64,000 bases of DNA from assembly GCA_965228895.1 (NCBI GenBank), contig OZ245842.1, positions 3,168,001-3,232,000 on the forward strand, in the 5' to 3' direction. The notes below the pieces were generated by a model. It worked only from the letters and a program-made list of their open reading frames with translations. It searched no databases and had not been told where the DNA came from. A program made the position numbers and the translations under genes. This DNA is from Alphaproteobacteria bacterium. Lineage in GTDB: Bacteria; Pseudomonadota; Alphaproteobacteria; SP197. Below are positions 36,526-46,653 of the stretch, piece after piece (the stretch's first letter is position 1; each line of letters starts with the position of its first letter).

Positions 36526-37731
36526 ATGTGGCTTAAGGGCGGCCAGCTTTACGACGTCGACAGCGGCAGCTTCGCGCCCGGCGATATCCGCCTTGAAGGC
36601 GGCGTCATCGCCGAGATCGGGCGCGCGCCGTCAGGCACCCATGCGGTCGACCTGGACGGCGCCTATCTGCTGCCCGGTTTCATCGACTGTCATGTCCACA
36701 TCTGCGTCAACACGGAATCGGCCGACGGCAACAACCCATGGCGCGACGCGCTTCCCGCCACCATCGCACTGTGGGCGGCGCGCGCGGCACGGCGTCTGGT
36801 GCGCTGCGGCATCACGACGGCGCGCGATGTCGGCGGTTGGGACTATCACGAGATCGCCGTGCGCGAGGCCATCGACACCGGCTGGATCGAGGGTCCTCGC
36901 TTGTTGTGCTCGGGCAAGATCCTATCCATCACGTCTTCGACACGGCCCTATTACCCCGGCATGTACGAAGAAGCCGATGGGCCCGATGCCGTTCGCCATG
37001 CGGCGCGCAAACAGCTCGCCAACGGCGCCAACCTGATCAAGGTTCTGGCATCGGGCGCGGTCAACTCGACGAAGTATGAGCGGGCTGACGCCATCCAGTA
37101 CCGGCCCGACGAGCTGCGCGCAGCCGTCGAGATCGCGCAAGACAACTTCACCCACGTCGCCGCCCATGCCCACGCGACCGAGGCGATCAAAAACGCCATC
37201 CTGGCGGGTTGCCGCAGCGTCGAACACGGTACCTATGGATCGGATGAGACGTTCAAGCTGATGGTCGAGCACGGCACCTATATGGTGCCGACCATCTGTA
37301 CCGCGCACGCCTTCCTGCAGGATCCCGCGTTTGCCGCCAAAGCGCTGCCCCATGTACGCGAGCGCTATGAGGTCTTGCAGAAGATCCGCTATGCGAATCT
37401 CAACAAGGCGCGCGAGGCCGGCGTCAAGGTTGCCATGGGCACCGATGTCGGTACGCCCGGCAACCATTGCGGCGACAACATGCAAGAGGTCGCATTGATG
37501 GTGGAGCGCTGCGGTTTCTCGCCGGCCGAGGCGATCAGGAGCGCCACGGTTATCGCCGCCGAGCTGCTGGGACTGGACGATCAGGTCGGGCGGCTCCAGC
37601 CCGGCTTCGCCGGCGATGTGATTGCGGTTGCCGGTAATCCGCTGGACGACATCTATACGATGCGCGATGTTTTCTTTGTCGCCGCCAGGGGCCAGATCGT
37701 ACGCAACGATCGCGCCAAGATCCAACTTTAG
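36526..37731 (+). CDS. Amidohydrolase family protein (Xaa-Pro dipeptidase-like)
   Basis: PGFIDCHVH, IKV, AAHAH, SVEHG, GTDVG. Confidence 0.92.
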   Translation: MWLKGGQLYDVDSGSFAPGDIRLEGGVIAEIGRAPSGTHAVDLDGAYLLPGFIDCHVHICVNTESADGNNPWRDALPATIALWAARAARRLVRCGITTARDVGGWDYHEIAVREAIDTGWIEGPRLLCSGKILSITSSTRPYYPGMYEEADGPDAVRHAARKQLANGANLIKVLASGAVNSTKYERADAIQYRPDELRAAVEIAQDNFTHVAAHAHATEAIKNAILAGCRSVEHGTYGSDETFKLMVEHGTYMVPTICTAHAFLQDPAFAAKALPHVRERYEVLQKIRYANLNKAREAGVKVAMGTDVGTPGNHCGDNMQEVALMVERCGFSPAEAIRSATVIAAELLGLDDQVGRLQPGFAGDVIAVAGNPLDDIYTMRDVFFVAARGQIVRNDRAKIQL

Positions 37732-37770
37732 GAAAAATAGATAACTAATTGAAAAAAATGAGTAATATGT

Positions 37771-38370
37771 ATGGAGGCTAAAGTCAGGAAAATCGTGCGG
37801 TTTGTCGACGAAACGTTGATCGAGGGCGGGCGCGAGGCGGCCTCGCCCCTGGTCCTTATCGGTGTCGCGGCGGTCATCGCGAACCCCTGGGCCGGCCACG
37901 GTTTTGTCGAGGACCTGCAGCCGGAGATCAGGGCGCAGGCACCGGGTTTAGGCGAGCGCCTAACCGCAGAGGTCATCGCGCTGGCCGGCGGCGGCGACAA
38001 GGTCGAGGGCTACGGCAAGGCGGCGGTGGTCGGCGAGGCCGGCGAGGTCGAACACGCCTCGGCCATGATCCACACGCTGCGCTTCGGCAACCACTTCCGC
38101 ACCGCCGTCGGCGCGGAGACCTATCTCTCCTTCACCAACACGCGCGGCGGTCCGAACGCCCCGGTGGTCATTCCGATGATGGACAAGCACGATGCCGGAC
38201 GGCGCAGTCACTACCTGACCCTGCAGTTCGCCATTCCCGATGCGCCAGCCGCCAACGAGATCGTCGTGGCGCTGGGCGCCTCGATTGGCGGCCGGCCCCA
38301 TCATCGTATCGGCGACCGCTACCAGGACCTCGCCGACATGGGCAAGGGCGCGGACGACGCGCCGGTGTGA
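37771..38370 (+). CDS. Amino acid synthesis family protein (DUF1185)
   Basis: AAVIANPWAG, YGKAAVVG..GEVEH, RSHY, DAPAANEI. Confidence 0.88.
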   Translation: MEAKVRKIVRFVDETLIEGGREAASPLVLIGVAAVIANPWAGHGFVEDLQPEIRAQAPGLGERLTAEVIALAGGGDKVEGYGKAAVVGEAGEVEHASAMIHTLRFGNHFRTAVGAETYLSFTNTRGGPNAPVVIPMMDKHDAGRRSHYLTLQFAIPDAPAANEIVVALGASIGGRPHHRIGDRYQDLADMGKGADDAPV

Positions 38371-38371
38371 C

Positions 38372-39094
38372 ATGACGCTGGCGCGCATAAGAAAGACCTC
38401 CCTGCTTTCTCTGCTCGCGTTCGCGTTTTCAGTCACCCTTGGAGCGGCACAGGCCGACACGCTCGTGGTTGGCACGACGGGCGATTACAAGCCGCTTACC
38501 TGGTACGATGAGGCAACAAACACGTTCAGCGGCCGCGATATCGATCTGATAAAGGCGTTCGCCGACCACGAAGACCTGACCCTTCTTTTTGTGCAGACAA
38601 CCTGGCCGACGCTGACCGCCGACTTGCTGGCCGGCAAGTTCGACGTTGCGATCGGCGGCATCTCGCGCACCCGACAACGCGCAGGGGACGCCCTGCTCTC
38701 CGTTACCATCGAAGAAACAGGCAAGGTCGCGCTGGTGCGTTGCGGCGAGGAAGACAAGTATGGTTCGCTCGAAGCCATCGACCAGTCGGGCACCACGGTC
38801 GTCGAGAACCGCGGCGGGACCAACGCACAGTTCGCCCTGGCCAAGCTGATGAACGCCGTGCTGATCATCGTGCCGGATAACGAGCAGCCGTTCGTCTACC
38901 TATTCGACGAACGCGCCGACGTCATGTTCACCGACTCGATCGAGGCGATCTATCAGCAACAACTGACCAATGGCCTGCTGTGCGCGGTTAAGCCGGACGA
39001 ACCCTATACCCGCGTCGAGAAGGTCGTCATGTTCGCCAAGGACAAACGAGACCTGCTCGACGCCTTCGATACTTGGTTCGAGGCGCGCGACTGA
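38372..39094 (+). CDS. Family 3 solute-binding protein / cyclohexadienyl dehydratase (PheC-like)
   Basis: Signal peptide; VGTTGDYKP, TTWPTL, GGIS, NRGGTN, TDSIEA. Confidence 0.8.
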   Translation: MTLARIRKTSLLSLLAFAFSVTLGAAQADTLVVGTTGDYKPLTWYDEATNTFSGRDIDLIKAFADHEDLTLLFVQTTWPTLTADLLAGKFDVAIGGISRTRQRAGDALLSVTIEETGKVALVRCGEEDKYGSLEAIDQSGTTVVENRGGTNAQFALAKLMNAVLIIVPDNEQPFVYLFDERADVMFTDSIEAIYQQQLTNGLLCAVKPDEPYTRVEKVVMFAKDKRDLLDAFDTWFEARD

Positions 39095-39106
39095 CCACGC
39101 GCGGCG

Positions 39107-39262
39107 TCAGTTTCCGCGGCCGCGGTCGATGCTGTTGTCGGCGCGGTATTCCTGGCGCTCGTTGTGATAGGTGAATCCATCGTCGTCTCGTTGCGACGTC
39201 GCGCAGGCGGCTGTCGCCATACCAACGCCCACGAGAACGACTAAAGCGGCCAAGCGTGTCAT
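39107..39262 (-). CDS. Small lipoprotein (51 aa), paralog 1
   Basis: MTRLAALVVLVGVGMATAAC lipobox; similar to 40537-40683. Confidence 0.7.
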   Translation of the reverse strand: MTRLAALVVLVGVGMATAACATSQRDDDGFTYHNERQEYRADNSIDRGRGN

Positions 39263-39387
39263 CAGCTTTCCATCCTTCCAGACCAATTCATCGGTCCAGA
39301 AGACGTGGGGCTGGCGCGCCGCGTTGCATCGCAGGCCGGGCACACATTCGTTCACGTCTGCGCGGGTTCCAGCAGCCGTCAGGCGCC

Positions 39388-39421
39388 AAAAAGAGAAACC
39401 GGCGCCCCGAAAGGCGCCGGC
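39388..39421 (-). terminator. Intrinsic terminator of the Gly/Asn-rich gene
   Basis: Minus strand GCCGGCGCC-TTTCGG-GGCGCCGGT then TTCTCTTTTT. Confidence 0.75.
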
Positions 39422-39448
39422 TCCTAAACCCAGACGTGATGCCCCGAT

Positions 39449-40273
39449 CTAGCCGTCGTGGGTGCCGGATTCGTCGCCGCCGATACCATCAGTGCCGAAG
39501 TTGCCGTTCACACGATCGGCGATTTCACGTTCAGTGTCATGCACCGTGATTCCGGTCTCGCCGGTTTCACTGTCGGCGACGTCGTTGTCACCCTCGTTTG
39601 TCTCACTGTCGGCGGCGTCGGCTTCGCCCTCGCTCTCGCCGTCATCGTCGGCTCCGACGGGATTATCGTCGATGCCCAACAGTTCGTTGACGGCATGAAC
39701 GACGGCTTCCGTCACCGTCTTGTTGGCAGCGTCGTCAAGATCTTTGGCGGCTTCTGCCAGATTGCCATCTTGCACGTTGTCGGCGTAACCAGCGATGTTG
39801 CCGACCGCCGAGTTCTCGTTGGCATTCTCAAGCGCGTTCTCCGAAGCGTGGGCAGCGTTCAAGCGACCGAGGTCGCTGGCGTGCGCATCCGCAACACCGT
39901 CGCCATCGGTATCAACATTGTCCTTGGTATGGCCATGGGCATTGCCATTGTTGGTATTACCCGCATCGGCCTGGGAACCGTTGTTGCCATTATTGCCGTT
40001 ATTGCCGTTGTTGCCGTTGCCGCTATTGCCGCCGCCGTTGCCGTTGCCGCCCCCGTTACCGTTGCCGCCGCCATTACCGTTGCCACCGCCGTTACCATTG
40101 CCGCCGCCGTTACCGTTGCCGCCGCCATTGCCATTACCGGCGGCATAGGCTGCGTTGTCCTGGAAGCTCAAGGTCGAGGCATCAAACGAGAGCGGAACTG
40201 TCGCCGCCATCAGCGCCGCTACGGCGACGGCCGATGTCAGGCACACGATGTTGCGTGGTTTTCTGCTTTTCAT
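39449..40273 (-). CDS. Secreted Gly/Asn-rich low-complexity protein
   Basis: Signal-like N-terminus, (GNGNGG)n and (GNN)n tracts, LGRLNAAHAS core, acidic tail. Confidence 0.75.
   Translation of the reverse strand: MKSRKPRNIVCLTSAVAVAALMAATVPLSFDASTLSFQDNAAYAAGNGNGGGNGNGGGNGNGGGNGNGGGNGNGGGNGNGGGNSGNGNNGNNGNNGNNGSQADAGNTNNGNAHGHTKDNVDTDGDGVADAHASDLGRLNAAHASENALENANENSAVGNIAGYADNVQDGNLAEAAKDLDDAANKTVTEAVVHAVNELLGIDDNPVGADDDGESEGEADAADSETNEGDNDVADSETGETGITVHDTEREIADRVNGNFGTDGIGGDESGTHDG
39980..40140 (-). repeat. Coding tandem repeat (about 5 GNGNGG units plus GNN units)
   Basis: 18-bp and 9-bp degenerate units such as GCCGCCGTTACCGTTGCC. Confidence 0.85.
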
Positions 40274-40536
40274 TTCATCGTCCTGGTCGCGTTGGCGCTC
40301 TCTGCCCATCACTCTAAGCGAAACTCGTCTGCACAGGGGAAAAAGCTGAGGTTTGTTAACCATTTGGCACGCGAGCTGTGACGAACGACACCACGTCGAT
40401 CGCGCCTACGGCGTAGAAAACCACCGGCAAGAGCAGGATCCTTGGCGTGCTCGACTTCGTGCGCTCAACTGCTGCCGCGACTCGACGGAATCAGGACCAA
40501 CACCAACGATCCGTCAGCGTACGCCGCGAGAACACG

Positions 40537-40683
40537 CTAGTTCCGACCGCCATCGCGACCTTTGTTGAACGTGCCGCGGTCGTTGCCATAGCTTGTCCCG
40601 TCGGTGTCCTGCTGGGGTACCGCGCACGCGGCGATGCCTGTTGCAAGGCCAATCAGGACGACAAAGACTGCCAAGTGTTTCAT
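40537..40683 (-). CDS. Small lipoprotein (48 aa), paralog 2; absent from the ORF track
   Basis: MKHLAVFVVLIGLATGIAACAVPQQDTDGTSYGNDRGTFNKGRDGGRN*. Confidence 0.7.
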   Translation of the reverse strand: MKHLAVFVVLIGLATGIAACAVPQQDTDGTSYGNDRGTFNKGRDGGRN

Positions 40684-41029
40684 GCGTCAAACCCCAATCT
40701 GCTGCGTTGTCATAACTCTACGTTCGATCTGAGGTTTGTTCGCCGCGCTACCAGGGGTTGGTTCAAACACATTCGATCACGTCTTCGCGCATCGTCTTGC
40801 CCGCGCCGGGCCTTCCTTAACGGTCAGATATGGTGGGCTATCCCAGTGCTTCGGATCCGATCTGTCCCAAACGTTGTGGAATCTCGACCTAAGCGGTTGA
40901 AACGGTTGAGCTCAACAGGAGGTTTCGTCACCATGATTCCGATACGCGGTCGGCTCGCCGCGGCACCGTGGTGTCGACAAGGCGAGCGAGGAGGACGGCC
41001 GAACACGGGCGCAAGTGTAAGGGGGAACA

Positions 41030-42517
41030 ATGAGTTGCTTGGCTGGCGTGTCGACGATGGTGTGCCGTGTTCTTTTTGTTGGCGGCATGATCGCTATAGC
41101 CTTAGGCAGCCAAGCCTTCGCGGACGATCCGCCGCCCGGCGACCCCCTCGTCAATCCGCCGGAGTTCGAGATCATCAACGGTGCCGCGACGGGAACTCTG
41201 GTTGTCGACTGGGGTCCGGTCGAGGTCGGCGGCGAGGTGATCAACACCATCGCCTACAACAATGTGTACAGCCCGCCGCTGATCCGTGTGGCGCGCGGCG
41301 GTTCGATCGACCTGACGCTGACCAACAACCTGACCAACCAGTACACCAACATCCACTTTCACGGCATGCAGGTCTCGCCCAAGGGTGATTCCGACAACAT
41401 CTTCCGGCTGACCGACGCGGGCGAGACGAACCGCTATCACGTCGAGATCCCGCTTGCCCATCAGCCGGGTCTCTACTGGTACCACTCGCACGGTTATGAG
41501 GTGTCGCAGCGCCAGGTCATCGGTGGCTTGTCGGGCGGCATCATCGTCGAGGGCATCCTGGATCCCTTCCCCGAGCTGGCCGGCATCCGTGAACAGGTCA
41601 TGCTGCTGAAGAACACACGCACCCTGTTCGGCGATCTGCCGAACGTGTCGGTAACCGACTATCCGTCCTATCGCATGATCAACGGTCAGGTGAACCCGAC
41701 CATCGACATTCAGCCTGGTGAGCTGCAGTTCTGGCGCTTCGGCAATATCGCCGCCAATCAGTACTTCCACATCAAGCTGGACGGCCACCAGTTCCACATC
41801 ATCGCGCGCGACGGCAACCTGGGCACCGAGGTCCAGACGGTCGACGAACTGTTCATCGCGCCAGCCGGCCGTGTCGAGGTTCTGGTGCGCGGCGGCGATG
41901 CCGGCACCTACAAACTTCACATGTTCAGCACGACCACCGGACCCACAGGCGATCAGTACGAGCCGACAACGCTGGGCACCATGGTGGTGGCCGGCGAGCC
42001 CGTCGAAGGCCCGCCCCTGCCGGCCAACTTCCCGCCGGTGCGCGATCTGCGCGATCTGACGATCACCGAGGAACGCGAGATCGTCTTCTCAGAGGACGAC
42101 CGCTACTTCTACGTCAACGGCGCGAAGTTCGACTATGACGTCGTCAACACGGTGGTGCCGTTGGGCGCGATCGAGGTCTGGACGATCTCCAACCCGACCG
42201 AGGAGCTGCACGCCTTCCACATTCATCAGCTGGACTATCAGGTCATCGAGATCAACGGCGAGCCCGTGCCGTTCTATGGTCACCAGGACACGGTCTCGGT
42301 TCCCATACGCGGCGAGGTCAAGGTCATCATTCCGTTCGATGATCCCGTGATCCTGGGCAAGTTCGTCTATCACTGCCACATCCTGGAGCACGAGGACGGC
42401 GGCATGATGGCCGCGATCGAGGTGGTGCCGCCGGAAGCCTATGACACCGCGCTCTTCCTCTCGGACAAGGGCGGTTTCTGTAACGAGTGGAGCTACTGCG
42501 TTGCCTCGTCCGAGTAA
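41030..42517 (+). CDS. Multicopper oxidase (true start may be 41057 or 41087)
   Basis: NIHFHG, WYHSH, HAFHIH, HCHILEHEDGGMM. Confidence 0.95.
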   Translation: MSCLAGVSTMVCRVLFVGGMIAIALGSQAFADDPPPGDPLVNPPEFEIINGAATGTLVVDWGPVEVGGEVINTIAYNNVYSPPLIRVARGGSIDLTLTNNLTNQYTNIHFHGMQVSPKGDSDNIFRLTDAGETNRYHVEIPLAHQPGLYWYHSHGYEVSQRQVIGGLSGGIIVEGILDPFPELAGIREQVMLLKNTRTLFGDLPNVSVTDYPSYRMINGQVNPTIDIQPGELQFWRFGNIAANQYFHIKLDGHQFHIIARDGNLGTEVQTVDELFIAPAGRVEVLVRGGDAGTYKLHMFSTTTGPTGDQYEPTTLGTMVVAGEPVEGPPLPANFPPVRDLRDLTITEEREIVFSEDDRYFYVNGAKFDYDVVNTVVPLGAIEVWTISNPTEELHAFHIHQLDYQVIEINGEPVPFYGHQDTVSVPIRGEVKVIIPFDDPVILGKFVYHCHILEHEDGGMMAAIEVVPPEAYDTALFLSDKGGFCNEWSYCVASSE

Positions 42518-43640
42518 GCGAGCGAGGGGCTTTTCCAGCGTCGCGCGCGCTGCCGCAACAATGGGCTTCCTGGCCGGTCCGGTCCCGACGACACCGGCCG
42601 TCGCCCAGGAAGGTGTCTATCCGAACGTTCAGGTCACGATCCCCGTCCAGATCCAGAATGACTGGTTGATACACCGCAGCGACGGGTCGGCCAGCAACTC
42701 GCTGAACGCGGACATCGAACCGGAGATCGACCTGCTGTTCTCGCAGGACCTGATCTTGACGACCCATGTCACCTTCGACCAACAGAACGATCCCGGCCCC
42801 GGTGATTTCTGGATCTTTCAGAACCAGGAACTCTATGTTGAAGAGCTTTACCTGCGCTACCGCCCGCAGCGGTACGACTTCCTGATCGGCAAGTTCGATG
42901 TGACCTTTGCGCAAGGTCCCAACCTGGCGCCCGGTATCTACGGCACCGATTTCATCGACGACTATCAGGTCAACGAGAACTGGGGCGGCCAGGTCGGCTA
43001 TCGCTTCGGCGGGACGGAAAGCGGCACGCATACGTTCCTCGCCTCAACGTTCTTTGCCGACACCACGGTCTTGAGCGAGGCGTTGATCACCGGGCGCCCG
43101 CGTCTTCGCCTGTCCGATGGCGGACCCGGCAATACCGAGGATTTTTCGTCCTTTGCCATCAACTATTACGCCACCGCCTTTCCAAACACGGGCCTGGAGT
43201 ACAGCCTGGGCTTCGTTCAGTTGGGCCGAGGCCAGGGCGATGTCTCGTCCGAACAGGGCTATACCGCCGGTCTGACCTGGTCGATCCCGCTGGTCGACAG
43301 CAACGAGGCGACACTTTCGAACAATTTCGTCGAGCTGCGGCCGTTCGCGGAGATCACCTATTTCGACAACGCGGGCGGTATGGAGGGCGCGGAGACAACC
43401 TATGTCTCGGCCTTCATGGAGCTGTTCTACGGCCGATGGGATATCTCGGCGGGCGGCACCTATCGCAGCAACGGCAACCATTCGGGCGGAACCGGCACCG
43501 ACGACTATCTGGTCACCGGCACGGTCGGCTACAACTTCGATGGCGGCCTGGGTCTTTGGGCAGGTTACCGCTTCCAAAAAGACAGCGGCGTGCGCAGCAA
43601 CGGACCGGGCGTCCAAATGACCTATCAACTTCAGTTCTAG
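42441..43640 (+). CDS. Outer-membrane beta-barrel/porin-like protein (start uncertain)
   Basis: EELYLRY, GKFDV.F, alternating beta pattern, C-terminal YQLQF. Confidence 0.7.
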   Translation: MTPRSSSRTRAVSVTSGATALPRPSKRARGFSSVARAAATMGFLAGPVPTTPAVAQEGVYPNVQVTIPVQIQNDWLIHRSDGSASNSLNADIEPEIDLLFSQDLILTTHVTFDQQNDPGPGDFWIFQNQELYVEELYLRYRPQRYDFLIGKFDVTFAQGPNLAPGIYGTDFIDDYQVNENWGGQVGYRFGGTESGTHTFLASTFFADTTVLSEALITGRPRLRLSDGGPGNTEDFSSFAINYYATAFPNTGLEYSLGFVQLGRGQGDVSSEQGYTAGLTWSIPLVDSNEATLSNNFVELRPFAEITYFDNAGGMEGAETTYVSAFMELFYGRWDISAGGTYRSNGNHSGGTGTDDYLVTGTVGYNFDGGLGLWAGYRFQKDSGVRSNGPGVQMTYQLQF

Positions 43641-43716
43641 TTCGGGCCTGCGCTAAGCCGCTTGCCTGCCGCGCGCCAAGCGGCTAGAAGGCCGGTCGTC
43701 TTTTTTCGGAGAGTTT

Positions 43717-43743
43717 ATGTCAGAGGCCGTTGTCATCGGCTGA
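43717..43743 (+). CDS. 8-aa uORF MSEAVVIG (toiL-like leader of yjhX)
   Basis: SD GGAGAG upstream; codons 4-7 complementary to 43846-43855; promoter-like TTGCCT(43662)-17 nt-TAGAAG(43685). Confidence 0.65.
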   Translation: MSEAVVIG

Positions 43744-43864
43744 CGGGTTTCCGTCCTTCGTAAACCCGTCGTCTTGAACCCCCGTCGTGGGCTTGGCCCG
43801 CGGGCCGCGTTTGCGTCCGCGCCCGGCGCGCGGTGGCGTTCCCGTATGACAATGGACCGAGATC

Positions 43865-44122
43865 GTGAATATTTCCCGCGACCAGCAGCGCGTGCTCCAC
43901 GCGCTGGCGCAAGGCGCTATCATTCGTTACGAGCGCAACCTGAAAGGCAAGATTGCCGAAATTGAATGTGTGACCCGTGAAGGCTGGCTGCTGAGCAACT
44001 GCACCATGGCGGTGTTCCGTGCGCTGAAGCGCAAGGGATTGATCGCCTCGCAGAACAGCCAGCCCTATCGTATCACGCGAAAGGGACTCAGTGCCGTCAG
44101 GCCCCAGGTCGACAACCGCTGA
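43865..44122 (+). CDS. yjhX: YjhX/TopAI family (UPF0386) protein
   Basis: [32 protein letters not shown]...[16 protein letters not shown]. Confidence 0.9.
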   Translation: MNISRDQQRVLHALAQGAIIRYERNLKGKIAEIECVTREGWLLSNCTMAVFRALKRKGLIASQNSQPYRITRKGLSAVRPQVDNR

Positions 44123-44219
44123 AGTGGCGTTTTGCGTTGAGGACGTCGCCGGCCGGGCGCAGTATTCGCCGGCGTCCGGCCGGCCACGTCTTACCCCAGC
44201 ACCACGAAGGGTCACCTTG

Positions 44220-44795
44220 ATGGCAGCAATCACTTCGCTTCACCCGGCGATCGACAAGGGGCTGACCACGGGCGATGCCAACTTTGCCGGCGGCACGCTC
44301 ACATGCCGCTGTGCGGACGACCCGGTCAAGGTGACGGTGGCAAGCCAGGTCGCGTACAACCATCTTTGCGGCTGCACGAAATGCTGGAAACCCGGCGGTG
44401 CGCTGTTTGCATTGATCGCCGTCGTGGCGCGCGATGATGTGGCGGTTACGGAGAACGGCGACAAACTCACCGTCGTCGACCCCGAGGCGTCTATCCAGCG
44501 CCATGCCTGCAAGGACTGCGGCGTCCACATGATTGGCCGCATCGAGGACGAGACGCACCCGTTCTTCGGCTTGGATTTCGTCCATACCGAACTTTCCGAC
44601 CAGACTGGCTGGCAGGAGCCACAGTTCGCGGCCTATGTGTCTTCGATCATCGAAGCGGGTACCGACCCCGACGACATGTCAGCTATCAGAAAGCGGCTCA
44701 ACGACGTTGGCCTTCCGACCTATGACTGTTTGTCGCCGCCGTTGATGGACGCGATCGCCGTACATGTTGTCAACGCCGCAAACGTTGTGCGTTAG
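44220..44795 (+). CDS. gfa: S-(hydroxymethyl)glutathione synthase
   Basis: [48 protein letters not shown]. Confidence 0.92.
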   Translation: MAAITSLHPAIDKGLTTGDANFAGGTLTCRCADDPVKVTVASQVAYNHLCGCTKCWKPGGALFALIAVVARDDVAVTENGDKLTVVDPEASIQRHACKDCGVHMIGRIEDETHPFFGLDFVHTELSDQTGWQEPQFAAYVSSIIEAGTDPDDMSAIRKRLNDVGLPTYDCLSPPLMDAIAVHVVNAANVVR

Positions 44796-45315
44796 CTCAA
44801 AGCCCCGTTGGATTGCGCCAGCGCATATCGCGGCGCCGTGATCAACCGGATGACGGACGGACATCCCGGCAGTAACGTTGTGTATCTAGCGACGTTACTG
44901 ACCGTGAAAGCGGTAGACCGCTTGATCGACCGCGTCTGCCGCTCGCGTGTGAACCGGCCTGCGCGAGTTAGGCGGATAGTAAATCACGACAACCTCAACC
45001 AGCAATGCCAGTCACGTTACTTTGAATCACGGCCACTTTACTTCAAAACAAATAGTGGGTCACAACACGACACACGAAAGTGCTTCGTCTGTAATGAACC
45101 GTGATTTTCCAAGACTCCGGTCGGCGGCGCTTAATCGCGCCTGGTGTCCACGGGAAGGGGAAGCTGTGGGCCCGGCAAGTAGAGCACGTGAATGGTCCCG
45201 TCGCCGCCGAAATCGGGTGGCCGGCGGCTGGATCGGGTCCGGGCGCTTCATTCATCTCACTCCCCCAAACACCTTTAAAGCTGCACAAATGTGCCAACTT
45301 TGGAGGGTTGGGATT

Positions 45316-46527
45316 ATGAAAAAGGAGCTACTACTGGGAACCACCGCGATGGTTTCGGTTGGCTTGGTAGCCGGACAAGCGTCCGCCGCCGAGCCGATTG
45401 AGCTTAGTTTTGGTGGCTACCACAATTGGGCGGTGTTCCTCACGCAAAACGACGACAGCGCGGGCAACGGTGTTTCGATTCCGAACGAGCCCGGCTTTAA
45501 CAAAGGCGACCACGACATCAAGTTCGATGGCGAATTGCAGGTCAGAGGCAGCACTGTTTTGGATAACGGCCTCGAAGTCGGTGTTCGCATCGAGATCGAG
45601 GGCGAGACCCAGGCCGATCAGATGGACGAGAACTACGCCTACATCGAAGGCTCGTTCGGTACCTTCCGGATCGGTAACGACGACCCGGTGTCTTATTCCA
45701 TGGCAACCGCCGCGCCTTACATCAACTATATATTCTCGGCCAACACGCCGACGGTGTTCGCTAACGGTCTGTCCCAGTTCTTTGCTCAGACGACCGGTCT
45801 TGCCCGTTCGCGTTTCGCGGCTGGTGTGAGCGCAACATTCGCCACGTTCCCAAATCAAACGTTTGACGATGCGCGGGTGATGTACTTCTCGCCGGTGTTC
45901 AACGGCTTCCAGTTCGGCGCCTCCTATGCGCCGAACAACACCGAAGCCGTTCCGTCAACTGTGTATCTCTTGCCAGTCCTGGTCGGTGGCACATCGACGT
46001 CGCCTGCCGGTACGCACGGTGAGACCTGGTCGGTCGCCGCGCGCTATGACGGTGAAATCGGTGACTTCGGCCTGACGGTTGCGGGTGGTTATCTTGAAGT
46101 CATGAACAAGGCCATCTCCAACTTACCAACTGGTCTGGGCAACACGGACTCTGAGTCATGGAACGCCGGTATCGTGTTGTACTATGGGAACTGGGGCCTG
46201 GGTGGATCATATCTAAGTACCGATGACAACTTCAATGTCGCAGGTACAGATACTGAAGCCTATGACATTGGCCTGTCGTATTATGCTGATGGACCTTGGA
46301 GCGCTGGTATCTACTGGTTGCATCAGGAGTTCGACTATGCTCCTGGTACGCTTGTTGCCGGCGCCGTCACCGACGAATTCGATGCGTACCGTATCCTCGG
46401 TCAGTACGACCTGGGTCCGGGCATCGCCGTTACCGGCGCTCTCGGTTTCGACCAGTTCGAAGACGGTGTGGTCAATCGCGACTACGACACCTACTTCGGC
46501 GGCGCCGGTCTGATGATCTCGTTCTAG
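45316..46527 (+). CDS. Alphaproteobacterial porin
   Basis: MKKELLLGTTA signal, LDNGLEVG..E.EG, YFSPVFNGFQFGASYAP, C-terminal Phe. Confidence 0.9.
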   Translation: MKKELLLGTTAMVSVGLVAGQASAAEPIELSFGGYHNWAVFLTQNDDSAGNGVSIPNEPGFNKGDHDIKFDGELQVRGSTVLDNGLEVGVRIEIEGETQADQMDENYAYIEGSFGTFRIGNDDPVSYSMATAAPYINYIFSANTPTVFANGLSQFFAQTTGLARSRFAAGVSATFATFPNQTFDDARVMYFSPVFNGFQFGASYAPNNTEAVPSTVYLLPVLVGGTSTSPAGTHGETWSVAARYDGEIGDFGLTVAGGYLEVMNKAISNLPTGLGNTDSESWNAGIVLYYGNWGLGGSYLSTDDNFNVAGTDTEAYDIGLSYYADGPWSAGIYWLHQEFDYAPGTLVAGAVTDEFDAYRILGQYDLGPGIAVTGALGFDQFEDGVVNRDYDTYFGGAGLMISF

Positions 46528-46653
46528 ACCTTCTGGACTTTGTGCAGCACTTTCCTTGCGCAAACTGGAGCCCCGCTGCGCCCTCAACGCCGCGGGGTTT
46601 CCTTATGACACCCTGATCAGACGAGCATTGGACAGCCAGCCGGCTTCCGGTAA

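Noticed and set aside
39795-40148. Poly-Pro/Leu ORF
   Set aside because: Antisense reading of the GNGNGG repeat
44796-45315. Long region upstream of the porin as an ncRNA or 98-aa N-terminal extension
   Set aside because: No recognisable RNA motif; long control regions are normal for major porins, and the signal peptide starts at 45316
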